From Pristiophorus japonicus (Eukaryota), in NCBI RefSeq assembly GCF_044704955.1, contig NC_091984.1, positions 211,048,001 through 211,112,000 of the forward strand: a stretch of 64,000 nt of DNA, given 5' to 3'. Under the pieces are notes generated by a model, which worked only from the letters and a program-made list of their open reading frames with translations, was not told where the DNA came from and made no database searches. Of this stretch, positions 33,935 to 46,861 are shown one piece after another. The first letter of the stretch is position 1. Each line of letters starts with the position of its first letter. The position numbers and the translations under genes are program-made.

Positions 33935-35431
33935 GTTGTAATTTACCAAAATTCCCTGGATTCTGGGGAGGTCCCAGCAGATTAGAAAACTGCAAATGTA
34001 ACGTCCCTATTTAAAAAAGGAGGCAGACAAAAAGCAGGAAACTATAGACCCGTTAGCATAACATCTGTGGTTGGGAAAATTTTGGAGTCCATTATTAAAG
34101 AAGCAGTAGCAGGACATTTGGAAAAGCATAATTCAGTCATGGAAGAGTCAGCATGGATTTATGAAAGGGAAGTCATGTTTGACAAATTTACTGCAATTCT
34201 TTGAGGATGTAATGAACAGGGTGGATAAAGGGGAACCAGTGGATGTGGTGCATTTGGACTTCCAGAAGGCATTTGACAAGGTGCCACATAAAAGGTTACT
34301 GCACAAGATTAAAGTTCACGAGGTTGGGGTTAATATATATTAGCATGGATAGAGGATTGGCTAACTAACAGAAAACATAATCGGGATAAATGGTTCATTC
34401 TCAGGTTGGCAATGTAATTAGTGGGGTGCTGGGACCCCAACTATTTACAATCTATATTAACGACCTGGATGAAGGGACTGAGTGTAACATAGCCAAGTTT
34501 GCTGATGATACAAAGATGGGAGAAAAAGCAGTGTGAGGAGGACACAAAAAACCTGCAAAAGGACATAGATGGGCTAAGTGAGTGGGCAAAATTTAGCAGA
34601 TGGCGTGTATAATGTTAGAAAGTGTGAGGTTATGTACTTTGGCAGAAAAAAATTGAAGAGCAAGTTATTATTTAAATGGAGAAAAATTGCAAAGTGCCAC
34701 AGTACAGCAGGACCTGGGGGTACTTGTGCATGAAACACAAAAGGTTAGTATCCAGGTACAACAGGTGATCAGGAAGGCCAATGGAATATTGGCTTTTATT
34801 GCAAAGGGGATGGAGTATAAAAGCAGAGAAGTCTTGCTACAGTTATACAAGGTATTGGTGAGGCCACACCTGGAATACTGCGTACAGTTTTGGTTTCCAT
34901 ATTTACGAAAGGATATATTTGCTTTGGAGGCAGTTCAGAGAAGGTTCACTAGGTTGATTCCGGAGATGAGGGGGTTGACCTATGAGGAAAGGTTGAGTAG
35001 GCTGGGCCTCTACTTATTGGAATTCAGAAGAATGAGAGGTGGTCTTATCGAAACGTACAAGATTATAAGGGGGCTTGACAAGGTGGATGCAAAGAGAATA
35101 TTTCCACTGATGGGGGAGACTAGAACTAGGGGGCATAATCTTAGAATAAGGGGCCGCCCATTTAAAACTGAGATGAGGAGGAATTTCTTCTCTAGGAGGG
35201 TTGTAAATCTGTGGAATTCACTGCCTCAGAGAGCTATGGAAGTTGGGTCATTGAATAAATTTAAGACAGAGATAGACAGTTTCTTAACCGATAAGGGAAT
35301 AAGGAGTTATGGGGAGCGGACAGGGAAGTGGACCCGAGTCATGATCAGCCATGGCCGTATTAAATGGCAGAGCAGGTTCGAGTGGCCATATGGTCCTCTC
35401 CTGCTCCTATTTCTTATGTTCTTATGTTCTT
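33935..35431 (+). mobile_element. 5'-truncated CR1 LINE (RT to 3' tail), frameshifted
   Basis: [22 protein letters not shown], and ORF 34687-35448 with the CR1 C-terminus; tail (TTCTTATG)n. Confidence 0.93.
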
Positions 35432-37841
35432 ATCCCAGGAACGAATAAAAAGCTATTAGAATTCAGGAAGCGAGGAGGGTGCGAGGGAGCTCTGTAGCGG
35501 GGTGAAACCCTGGCAAAGCTGGGGACCCGGAGGTCCTGCCGAATTTAACAGCAGGATCTGATTATATATTTTTTCTGCCCAGCAGCCATGAACACCAGCG
35601 GTAGGAGGAGGCAACTGGGAACCTTTGAGGGGTATGGAGCAAGATATCGAGGCTCAGTTGAAGGTAGAATGGGAAATGCGGCAATTGGGGAAGAGGGAAC
35701 GAGATTTTGCAGTGTTGGTGGGGGGGGGGGGGGGGGGGGAAAGAGAGAAAGAGAGAAAGAGAGAGAGAGAACGCGATCAGCAGAGGGGTGGCCGAAAGCT
35801 TCCAGGGGGAACACTCCTGCTCCATAAGGAGTGCCGAAAGAGGCATTTACCTTCTTGAGCCTTCTAGCTCCTGTCTCCCATTGCTGCCAGGTTTCCCGAG
35901 CGCTGGGAATCCTGACTGGCAACGGTTAAATTTAAATCAGGTTCTCAATTGCACGGTGGAGCCTGATTTAAATAGGTTAATAAATGGTCCAAGCGCAACA
36001 CTCGCATGGAATGCTACCAGACGCCAGATTGGGGGTGTGCTATCCCAGTTTAAATGTTTTTTTAACCCCCAACCCTCTCCCGCCCATTGTGGATATTTAA
36101 TATTGAGGCCATAGGCTTGGTGGTCTGCAAATAGTAGGATGCAGCTGTGCATCTCTGAATAATCACAGAGTTCCTGATTTCAGCCATGCTGTAGGGAGAG
36201 GCATGAAATAGAGGCTTATCACTACCCCACAGAGTGAGGGATTGGGGCAGGTCATGTATGCCCATCTTATTAGTAAATAGTGTCTGACACGGTGACCAAA
36301 AATGAAGGGTGGAAAAAATGGGGGAAGGTGCGAGGGGGGCGGGCTAAGAGGAGAATTATAAAGAAAATAAAAATTAATTCAAGATCACAAACTTGTACAG
36401 CTATCCAGTTTACTATTGGAAAATAATTCATGATATTTTTCATGGTTACTTAAAAATTATTGCACTTTATCTGAATGTTGACAGTGGTGCGAGGGTTGCT
36501 TTAAAAGGGATTTGGACTGTTCTGTAGGAGTGGTGCATTTGAGCAAAGCGTAATAACATTGCATCATTTTAGTCTACGCATTAAAATAGCCATAACCTAC
36601 AGGAAATGCAGCAGCAGTCTAGACTGCTGCAATATCAGACTCCATTTAATCCAGGTCTTCTCACAGCACAATGAAATATTATCTGCCTCAAATAATGTCC
36701 ATGCTGACTCATTGTGGTTTTAAATCAGGCAGTGAGTGAATGTCAAAGCCTTACATCAGAAGGTGACTGATTATCCCTCTCTTATTGGTGGAATTGTTCC
36801 AGAAAAGTGCTCAGAGCCATTACTTCAAAGACAGAAGGATCCAAACGCATTTCTTAAAGAAATGATGGCAGAAGCAAGCCAATTTCCCTCAATCCTTTCC
36901 CACCTAGAATTTGCAGAAATTTCCATAAATTCAAAGTTATTGCTGTGGCAAGAAATAATTAACAAGTAACCACCACTCTACAATTTTCAAAATTATAAGC
37001 ATCACTGTAATGATATTTATTGCAGCTTAGCTGCCTAACTCAAAAGCAGGGCAATTCTGAGGGTAGCACACTGGGTCCCTGACTTACAAAAGGTCAGGAC
37101 TGCTAACATGGGTTTTAGTGACGCAAGAGAAAGAGACCAGTACAGCGGCATTTTAAATACAATATTGTTCATGCATATTTGCTAACCATCTGCTTTTAGA
37201 GCAGATGACGAGTCTTTTTGTTCCCCAAATTTACTGAACTAGCTTTTCTGGCTCTGCTGACTCTTACGCTACAAAGTCACCTCTAAAAGGACTTATTCTA
37301 CCATGCAGATTATTCCACATAAAGATAGCAGCCACTGAATGGGAAGTCTCATCCTCTCCCCATCCCCTGACACCCTCTTTCTCTCAGCCACCGCCCCCTC
37401 CCCACCCTCACGACTCCCATTGTTTCCAGCAGAGCAGTCGGTCCCAGCTCTCTGCGGCAGTGTCGGGAGGGGGGTTTGATTATGTCACCAAGCCGAAGGC
37501 TGTTCTTTGGAGGAGGGGGGCTGATGCCATGGAGTGCGGGGTGGTGCTGTTGCAGCAGGAAATTTAAAGCCTGGAAGATCCATGTCCCATTCCAGGAAAT
37601 TCCCAGGCAAACCAGAAGGCTTGGCAACTTGAATATCAGCTGAAACCAGCGTACACAGCAAACTAGAGACCAAACCTGGAAATTTCCTGGTTTAAATGGC
37701 TCATCTACTCATTGAGACATTAGGAAAACCTCAAAATAAATTTGAACACCATCTTCAACAATCCAACTGAAAATTTGGCCCATTTGGTAAACCACACTAT
37801 AAAGTTATGATAAACATGAAGTAAATGCATTAGAATTTTAC

Positions 37842-37994
37842 CTGATCTGTAATTAGGTTTGTAGTATCATTGTACACAAGCTCTCCATTTTCCCCATCTG
37901 GGTCCATAAGTACCAGAGTCTGATGTCCCACTGCTGATGTAGAACCCATAGTCTCTTCTGCAGCAACCGTGATGCCGTTGGTCAGACTGCTGTC
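37842..37994 (-). CDS. Internal exon of the zinc-finger/coiled-coil gene (153 nt)
   Basis: TTTTCTTTTAAAAAG|GAC...CAG|GTAAAA, phase 0/0; DSSLTNGITVAAEETMGSTSAVGHQTLVLMDPDGENGELVYNDTTNLITDQ. Confidence 0.85.
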
Positions 37995-38483
37995 CTTTTT
38001 AAAAGAAAATTAAAAACAATGGATATTTTGAATAATATTGATCTAAATAAGACCAAGACATTGAGTTACATTTTTTTCTTGAATATTTACTTGAGGGATT
38101 TCCCTGATTTTAACTCCAGGTGGATTCCCCGTTCAGGCTTGAGTTAAAATAACATTAAAATCAATGTCATCGGGCCGCAACATGCATATGTAAAGAAAGA
38201 CCCTGTTGGCTCTGGGCGTGTGTCCTTGCTGCCTGCTCAGGAGAGCAGATTAATATTGCAGATGTTGCGATCTTGACGGCTTTCGGACAGATAAGAGCCA
38301 GGGCAACTTTAAATGCCCACCCGCCAGCTTTCTGCTGATCGAGCAGCGTTAAAATCGCATTGGTAAATTTTAAACTTTTAAGTTGTTGGTAATATATATC
38401 AGAAGTATATTTGAACTTCCATCAGAAGATCTCCTTAAATTTCTAGCATGTTAATCTAATAGCTGCAAAACTGAAACACCTAA

Positions 38484-38760
38484 TACAGGTTGAACCTCTC
38501 TTATCCGGCACCTCGGGACCTGGCCTGTGCCAAATAAGAGGATTTGCCGGACGACGGGAGGTCACGCCAACCCTAGGGTGGTCAGCAACACCCAGTAAGT
38601 TTTTAATGTAATGGCTCATTTCAGGCGGAGACATCAACTCTAGGAGCAGCGGGGTCAATGTGTACCTGTGGGGAACATCAGTGAAGTGCCACCGTGGGCT
38701 GCAGGTCAGCCGAGAAAGATCGGCAGTGTTTACAGCGGAGTATAAATCCTTCCAACTGAT
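38484..38760 (+). mobile_element. pogo/Tigger-like MITE left portion
   Basis: TA-CAGGTTGAACCTCTCTTATCCG terminus; right end not located. Confidence 0.5.
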
Positions 38761-39170
38761 CTTGAGAGTTTGTTTTAGATGAGCAATCTTCATTGTTTTA
38801 AGCATTATGTTCACGGAGTCTGCAATATATCAGCCGACTTTATCCTCTCAACTACAAAAAATGCCTAATCGTCAATATCAGTTTTTAAATTATTTTTTAT
38901 TTGTTTGCTTTCACATTTATTTTATTCCACATGTGCACAGCCATTAGTAAAGCAGTACTTAAACAACTGAAATCCACATGAAAAAGTCATGACATTGCAA
39001 ATATGGAAAGTTAACAGTACTTGGGTTTAGAAATTGAAAGGGTTTTGACAGAAAACATTTTTTGTTTGGAGAGTCAGTTGTAAGACAATGCGAAACATTC
39101 AGGGGAATGAAAGCAAGCATTCCGTCCAGTGAAAAAGATACACAAGATAAAAAGAAGAATGAAAAACTAG

Positions 39171-39362
39171 TACAGGTTGAACCTCCCTTATCCAGAAACA
39201 CGCCTTGTCCGGAATCATTCCCGGCCACCGGGTGGCGCATGCGCAGAACTCCGACATGAAACAAATTGAAGTTCTTCCTCACTGCCGACTCCCGCAATCG
39301 CTGGCCTGACCCGGCAATCCACCGCCACCCGCCCGCCCCCCACCCCCCACCCCCTCGCCCCT
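39171..39362 (+). mobile_element. pogo/Tigger-like MITE left portion
   Basis: TA-CAGGTTGAACCTCCCTTATCC terminus followed by a GC-rich body. Confidence 0.5.
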
Positions 39363-41014
39363 TAGTAATCTTAGTATTCTGTACAATATTAAGATGCTAA
39401 TTTAATCCCATTTTAAAAATAAAATCTAAAAATAAAGGCTACACCAAGTTTTGCAGTCAAAAAATTCCACTGCTGACACTTGTCATCTATGAAGAATGCC
39501 CATTTGGGCTGCTGGTGTCTCTGAAACTCCAAGCAGGAATGAGTACCTTAAGGAATGAAGGGCAGACTATTGGACAAAAAAAATAAAGGCAGCATTCACA
39601 TAATTGCGCCATTTAACAGTGCAATCAGTCTTGTTTCACTGATGAAAAACAATTGAATAACTCAGTAATATTTTCTGTGCTCAGGAATTATATGGCCTCT
39701 CTCATTCAAGAAATTAAACAAATGACAAATGGAAAAATTAAGGATGTGGATGTGAACTCAAGCAAAACCACTTGTGCACATACAGACTCAAAACAAAACC
39801 TTTATACTGTACACATCTGCAATGATGTGATCCATTTTCTACAGGTTATACAAGACACTTTTCTCCTCTCATTTTGTCATTAATTTATCTGCAGCCGGTG
39901 GGAATCAGCTTTCGGTGCGAGTAAGAAGGTAATGAAGAACAATAGTTGTTTGATGTCAGGGATGCAAAAAAATATCAAATGTCAGAGGTGCAAAATTGAT
40001 GATCTAACATCTAAATGTGCAGTTTTTCTTAATGTCATTTTCAGCAAACACAAAATGAACGAGTCTTCCATATGTTGTAATCATTGTAGTTGTATTAAAA
40101 AAATGTGGCACCACACCAGACAAACTTCCCAGCAAAATTGAATACCCTATGTAATAAATAAATGACTCATCCTCGAATTGTTCTCATGTGGTGTAGAGCA
40201 ATGACATGGAGATTAGAATTTCACAATGATAATCAAAAAGTAAAACAATCTGTTAAACAGCAAAATTATTCTGTGCCGTAGATCAGTAGCAACTCAAAAT
40301 AAAGATAAAATTAATATTCTTGCTTCTGTAACATCTAAATGTTATCATTTCGCTAAAGTATGAATAAAAGTTCTTATATTTTGCTATTGACTAAGATTTC
40401 AATGAATGTTCCTACATGTTTTACGTTGAAATAAGGGAGAGAGATCAAATTAAACAAGAAGTGTGAACTATTACTTGAATTAGCTGGAAATTCCCACCTC
40501 CAGCACAAATCCTGGTGAATGATTGGCTGCATTCAATTAGTGGATGTTTTTTTGATGAATCACTAACATTTATTTACTTGCATAATTAAATATAAATATT
40601 TTAGTCTTTCTTTGCTGAGAGTTAAGAATGTTGAATTCTTCTTTTACTGCTTTTTAAGTTATTCTTACAATTTTCTTATGCTAATAGTTTGATGCTGGGA
40701 TTTGTCACCCTGACAGCAAAATGGAGTTCAGTGCATTCCAGATCTCTAATATTGTTAGCTAAATGTGACAGTGTGTCTCATGGTTTTTTTCTTCATGTTG
40801 TCAGCTGTACAAGTGTCCATGCATTTACTAAAACAAGAACATGGCCTTGTGCATCATTCCAGGTTTTATTGGGTTATTTTGTGAATTCATCTTTAGAGAA
40901 CTAATTGTCTTGGTCTGAATTTAAACTCAGAAATATTGGATATAGATGATTCAAAAAGCAAATGAACACAGTAATGCATGCTACAGTAAAATCTTCAATA
41001 AATAGTTGAAACAT

Positions 41015-41360
41015 TTGCTGCTGAAACTTTCAGCCATGCATTTGTCACCTCCACAATGTTATCCTGACTGGCCTGGACACTAAACTGCAGCCTATCCAAA
41101 ACTCTGATGGTTGTATCCTATCCCACACCAAGTCCTGCTCATCCATTACTCCAATCCGCACTGACCTACATTGGCTCCTGCTTACCCAAGCCTCAAATTT
41201 AAATTGCTCACCCTCATATTTAAATCTTGCCTATTTCTGTAATCTCCTGCAGCCCTACAACCCTGCTACAAACTCTCAGTTCCTCCGATTCTGGCCTCTT
41301 GTGCATCACCCTCCCTTTGCCCACCACTGACAGCTATGCCTTCAGCTGTTTAGGCTAATC
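41015..41360 (+). mobile_element. L2-clade LINE 3' fragment
   Basis: Homologous in reverse orientation to 45980-46690; shows the H-I-T-P-I..DLHWL and FKLLTLIFKS pattern typical of the L2 ORF2 C-terminus. Confidence 0.7.
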
Positions 41361-41899
41361 TTTAGAAATACAGGTTGGATCTCTTTGGTCCAGAAACATC
41401 TGTGGTTCGGCATTAGTTGGGTCTATAAAAAAAAAACCAGCGAGTTAATTAATAAATTTAGCTGGGAGATTTCTACAGAGAGGGAGAGAGCGCAAGGCTA
41501 GAGTTTCGCAGCCTGAGAGTTTGAAATGCAATCTCAGTGAGTTTTGCAGTCTGAAGTTATCTGTGCCATCTCAGTGAGTGTTGCAATGTGTTATTTGTGC
41601 AATCAGAGTGCAAGGTGCTGACCGGGGGGCAGTGCCGTGGGTCTGTAACTTTAAACGCCGTTTCAGAAAGCGGGCTCAGTTGCTGCTGTGGTGTGCATGT
41701 GGCGATTGGCTGGGAGCGGCTGTCAGTCAGTGAGTGTGTGCGCGGGTGCTGAGGGAGCTGCCCACAGGGTGCCAGCATGCGCTCATACACACACACACAG
41801 GAGCCCGGGCGCTGTCGACAGGTCTAGGCTCGGTGTGACTTCCTGTGGTTCGGAAAATTCGCTGTTTCGAAAAAATTTTTTTTACATGAAAGATACTAT

Positions 41900-42538
41900 G
41901 GGAGTGAAATTCTGTTGTACCTGTTTAGAGGCGGTAACATCCGGGAGGCGGCACATTTTACATCAGGCGCGGAAGTCCCATCCTGCTCGAAAAATTCAGG
42001 TTACCGCCCCCGAAAGGAAGTGGAACGCAAAGTAACGGGCTCGGTAGTGTGGCATACGGATCTGGAGCGGGACGCAGTGCTACGCACTTGGTCGGGCACT
42101 TGGTTGGGATCTTCCCTTTATTAAAGGGAAGGGCCCAAGTTGCAAACACTGCAGTGAAGAAACGGGCCTCCGTGGACTTCCGGGGAGATGGGGTGCATGG
42201 ACCCAGAGATCGAAGCGTCAATGGGGCATAGAAGTCAGTTTTTTTTTTTAAATGGCCGCCATCTCCCTTTTAAGTATTGCCCCACAAATGGCCTGCAGCC
42301 CGTTTCAAGTCCCCTGAAGCTGTCGCTGGCATTGAGTGGGACGCTCCCCAATTTCTCTTCCGGGACGCTGTGCATGGTGATGACCGGCGCAGTGGAGCGG
42401 GGCGCTATGGGTTACCGCTGCCGCTAAACTCCTGCGGAATTTAGTGGGAGTTGCTAGCGTCGCCGTGCCCAGGCGAAAAGTTATTTGTGCCCCATTAGCA
42501 TCCCCCGAGGAGCTTAAAACGACCCAAATTTCCAGGCC
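41900..42538. mobile_element. GC-rich Harbinger-type MITE
   Basis: Degenerate ends GGGAGTGAAATT / AATTTCCAGGCC; inverted GCGGTAAC/GTTACCGC subterminal motifs; internal hairpin CTTCCCTTTA-T-TAAAGGGAAG. Confidence 0.6.
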
Positions 42539-42834
42539 AATACAAATGCAAAATGATGATGTCAATATTTTTTTTTTAAATGTTACATTTCTGTTGGAAA
42601 TATGTTTGCAGACAACATCAATGTTGCCTGTGACTGAACAGCTTGCCAACACTTACTTTAACAAAGGCCACTTGAATGTACTAGAATGCACCCCAAACAA
42701 AGAATCAATGCTTTCAGGGAGGAGAGGAGGGGAGGGGAATGGAGAAAATTGCTGAGGGTCAAAAATATACATGGCATTTAATTTTGATTCACTTGTAGGG
42801 GAAGTCTAATGTTGCGTTTTCTACACATGAACCA

Positions 42835-43260
42835 GGATAAGAAATAGGAGCAGGAGTAGGCCATTTGGCCCCTTGAGCCTGCTCCGCCATTTAATAATTT
42901 CATGGCTGATCTGATCTTGGCCTCAACTCCACTTCCCTGCCCGCTCCCCATAACCCTTGACTCCCTTATTGTTCAAAAATCTGTCCATCTCCACCTTAAA
43001 TATATTCAATGACCTAGCCACCACAGCTCTCTGGAGTAGAGAATTCCAAAGATTCACGACACTCAGAAGAAATTCCTCCTCATCTCCGTTTTAAATGGGC
43101 GACCCCTTATTCTGAAACTATGCCCCCAGTTCTAGATTCCTACACAAGGGGAAACATCCTCTCTGCATCTACCCTGTCAAGCTCCCTCAGAATCTTATAC
43201 ATTTAATAAGATCACCTCTCCAATGAGTATAGGCCCAATCTGCTCAACCTGTCTTCATAA
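42835..43260 (-). mobile_element. CR1 LINE 3' end
   Basis: Reverse complement of the CR1 C-terminus/3'UTR; the tail reads ATAAGAAATAGGAGCAGGAG on plus. Confidence 0.88.
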
Positions 43261-43524
43261 GGATGAGGTTCTGTTCTCAGGTCTCCACTTATGATGTTAC
43301 TGACTAATAATGATTAAATGTAAAATTCAAACAAACATTAAATGCCAGCTCTCATTGCATATTTTGAGTATAATTCCTTAAAAAAAAATTAGTAAAGTAT
43401 ATTTTAAAAGAGATACTAAATTATTTAATGGTTTAAAAAAAGTCTAGCATTTCATTCAGAAGTGCATCCATATCTAATGAATGAGGTGTTCAATATTCAT
43501 TTTGTGTGTGCTTTCTTGACATAC

Positions 43525-43719
43525 CTTTCCAGCCTGTCCAGTAATATTATCACTTTTTTCTGTGGTGAGGGTCGTGGTTGATGTGGTAATAATGGTTTCT
43601 GTAACAACAGGACTAATTGATGCGATATCCATTGCCCCACCAGAGGTAACTTGGTTGCCTCCATAAGCTTTATGATGAGCTTCCGCACTCTGTTCATAAT
43701 ACTGTCGATTATTTACTTC
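43525..43719 (-). CDS. Internal exon of the zinc-finger/coiled-coil gene (195 nt)
   Basis: CTTTTTTTAG|GAA...AAG|GTATGT, phase 0/0; EVNNRQYYEQSAEAHHKAYGGNQVTSGGAMDIASISPVVTETIITTSTTTLTTEKSDNITGQAGK. Confidence 0.87.
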
Positions 43720-43874
43720 CTAAAAAAAGTGAAAAGTTTTTTGAAAAAATGAGATCGCACACAATATGTTATCACTCTGAAATTGGTAATAGTTTTTAAA
43801 ATACAGTATTTGATTATAAATCAATTCACAAGTTGAATAAATGGGTTTTAAAAATGTTTTTTTTTTTTTTAAAT

Positions 43875-44295
43875 TCGTTCATGGGATGTGGGTGTTTATT
43901 GCCCATCCCGAATTACTCTTGAGAAGGTAGTTGTGAGTCATCTTCTTGAACCGCTGCAGTACTTGTGCTGAAGGTACTCCTCGAGTGCGGTTAGGGAGGG
44001 AGTTCCAGGATTTTGACACAGCGACGATGAAGGAACAGCGATATATTTCTAAGTCAGAACGGTGTGTAACTTGGAGGTGATGGTGTTCCCATGCACCTGC
44101 TGCCCTTGTCCTTCTGGTGGTAGAGGTCGCGGGTTTAAGAGGTGCTGCTGAAGAAGCCTTGGCGAGTTGCTGCAGTGTATCTGGTAGATAGTACACACTG
44201 CAGCCACGGTGCGCTGGTGGTGGAGGGAGAGGTAGATGGGGTGCCAATCAAGCGGACTGTTTTGTCCTGGACAGTGTTGAGCTTCGTTGTTGTTT
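43875..44295 (-). mobile_element. CR1/L2-group LINE 3' fragment
   Basis: SLHHQRTVAAVCTIYQIHC and SKSWNSLP...LQRFKK..HNYLL; same family as 20705-21540. Confidence 0.8.
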
Positions 44296-44997
44296 ATCAA
44301 ATTAGTACCCATAAATATCTAGAACTGCCTGCCCATCTGGGCTGCAGCTGGGGCAGCGCTAGATTTACTAGTTATCCACCCTTACAGAACAAGCATCCAG
44401 GTGTTACATGCTACATTATTCTGTCCTTTTTACCTGTGCACCTATTATCTTGTATTGTATTGGTAGGGACAACCCCGTTGTATCTGTTATTCCACTTTAT
44501 TGGCAAAGTGTTGATGTACCCTTCACTTTTTTCTTCTTCAAAATGTAACAAATATAAGACTTTAAAAAAGAAATTGACAGTGGTCTACATGTACAGCCCC
44601 AACCAGAGAGGAGCAGCCCCTACTGCCTCAGTGTGATATTCCACTTCCCATCCTGTAGCCCTTTTGATTGCCAACTTGATGTTAGTATTCTTCTGTAACC
44701 TATTAGGAGTGGATTGAAATTGCTGAAACTCATTTCACATGTGATCCATACAGCCCGGACTGCATTCCAGAAGTTAAAGGACAGTCTGCTAACTCACTAG
44801 ACCATTCAGCTCCCTGGTAAGCTGGATTTTTTTGACAATACAATAGGACATAGTTCAGAATGTTCTGCTTTCATATCTTTCCTTTAGATTGGTTCCATAC
44901 TGAACATCGGATATAGCAAATGAGCACGTATAAGAGCTGGCATCCTGATCTACCTACACTAATCAGTACAATTACTTATGCAAATGAGATACACATT

Positions 44998-45755
44998 GAC
45001 CCGGATTGTGTGCTAGGAATAATGGTGAGGCTATTCAGTGCTCAGTTATTATGGAGTAAATCGGACAGCAACTTTCAGTGTCTACACATACGCAGTTAAA
45101 CGTTGAAATCAGGAAGTTGGTGTCCGATTTACCCTGCTCCTTCACAAGCTTTGCTACACTGGTACCTCACCAAGAGACTCAGCATTAAAACAAGTGAAGG
45201 GAATGAAGCCATGGTAGTTAGCCAATAGATCCCCACTAAACACACCAGAGTAAGGTAGGGCTTGTCCATTCAAGTCTAAGTGAATTCTTGATGGCATGAT
45301 AAATCTTAATTAAGACAAAACAACCTCTCTGACACTGAATATTTACTTTTACAAGTGTGGAGTCTCATTCCTTCAGATTTTAACCATTGTTGGAAATTTT
45401 TTAAATATTAAAAATTCATTTTTTAAAACCTTTTTCTTTGTCTCTTATCTTTCTCTTTTAATTCTATCTTTCTTTCCCTCCCTTTACTTTGCTTTCTGTA
45501 AATGACTTTGCACTGAATTAAATATCCTAATTTACATTTCCTGTTTTAGACTGCGGACGACAGTAAGGATTCTTCAATTTGATTGGTTGAAGAGATATGC
45601 TGTTGGTTGCGCTGCTCACACAGGTCCCCTGTAGAGGGCGCCACACTGAAGTGGCTCTTTAATAACTGCAAGTTGCCGTGCAAAAGTTCATTAAAAGTCT
45701 GCGGGCAGCTGTAAATGTAATGAGTTCGTTCGCCGCTGACCACAAAATCCAGGCC
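44998..45755. mobile_element. Harbinger-type MITE
   Basis: TIRs GACCCGGATTGTGTG / CACAAAATCCAGGCC (12/15); flanks ATT/AAT; homologous to the pieces at 29050-30120. Confidence 0.7.
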
Positions 45756-45979
45756 AATATGTCTCATCTCTAATACAAGTTATTTTGAAAGGAATGTATT
45801 TCCTGCTTTTCCCCTTTCTTTCCTTCCTACTTCCAAGTCTGTACCAGTGGCATGCAAGGTGTGACAACATAGGTGGAGGTGAATCTACAGAGTCACTCAC
45901 TAGGTGCTGAATCCAAGGCATGATCCACATTCAATCAGTCCACAGTACAGTTTGTCATAGTAATATGGCACCACAAGAG

Positions 45980-46690
45980 CTACTTGCATTTATATAGCAC
46001 CTTTACGTAGTAAAACGTCCCATGGCACTTCACAGGGCCATTATCAAACAAAATTTGACATTGAGCTACATAAGGAGATTAGGGCAGATGACCAAAAGCC
46101 TGATCAAAGAGTTAGGTTTTAAGGAACATCTTAAAATGAGGAAAGAGAGGCGGAGTGGTTTAAGGCACGATTTCCAAAGTTTAGGGCCTTGGTAGCTGAA
46201 GGCATGGCCATCAATTGTGGAGTGAATAAAATCAGGGATGTGCAAGAGACCAGAATTGGGCGAGCGCAAATATCTCAGAGAGATGTCAGGCTGGAGGAGG
46301 TGACAGAGATAGTGAGGAGTGAGGCCATGGCAGGATTTAAAAACAAGGATGAGAATTTTAAAATGGAGACGTTGCTCATCCAATGTAGGTCAGAAAGCAG
46401 AAGGGTTATGGGTGAACGGGACTTGGTGAGAGTTAGGATACAGGCAGCAGTTTTGGATGAGCTCAAGTTTATGGAGGGTGGAAGATGGGAGGTTGACCAG
46501 GAGTGTGTTGGAATAGTCAAGTCCAGAGGTAATAAAGGAATGGATGTGGATTTCAGCAGCGGCGGCGGCGTCGGGCGATGTTACGGAGGAGGAAGTAGAT
46601 GGTCTTAGTGATGGCACAGATTTGTGGTCGGAAGCTCCTCTCAGGGTCAAATACGACACCAAGGTTACGAACAGTCTGTTTCAGCTTCAG
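45980..46690 (-). mobile_element. L2-clade LINE 3' end
   Basis: IHSFITSGLDYSNTLL, LELIQN, SPITLLLSDLHW, FKILILVFK and AFSYQGPKLW; tail GGTGCTATATAAATGCAAG. Confidence 0.85.
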
Positions 46691-46861
46691 ACAACCGCCA
46701 GTGTTATAAAATAATAGCTAATACAACGCACCTTATATAGAACAAATTTAAATAAATAGACTGTACACAGATCATTAACTGCTGTTCTGATACTGATTCT
46801 GTACATCACCTATTAGCAAAGAGTTGTACTAATCCTAATATGTCTGAAGATTGGAAATATT

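Noticed and set aside
35545-36114. Overlapping ORFs on both strands
   Set aside because: They arise from a poly-G/(GA)n tract in a GC-rich repeat; no splice or homology support.
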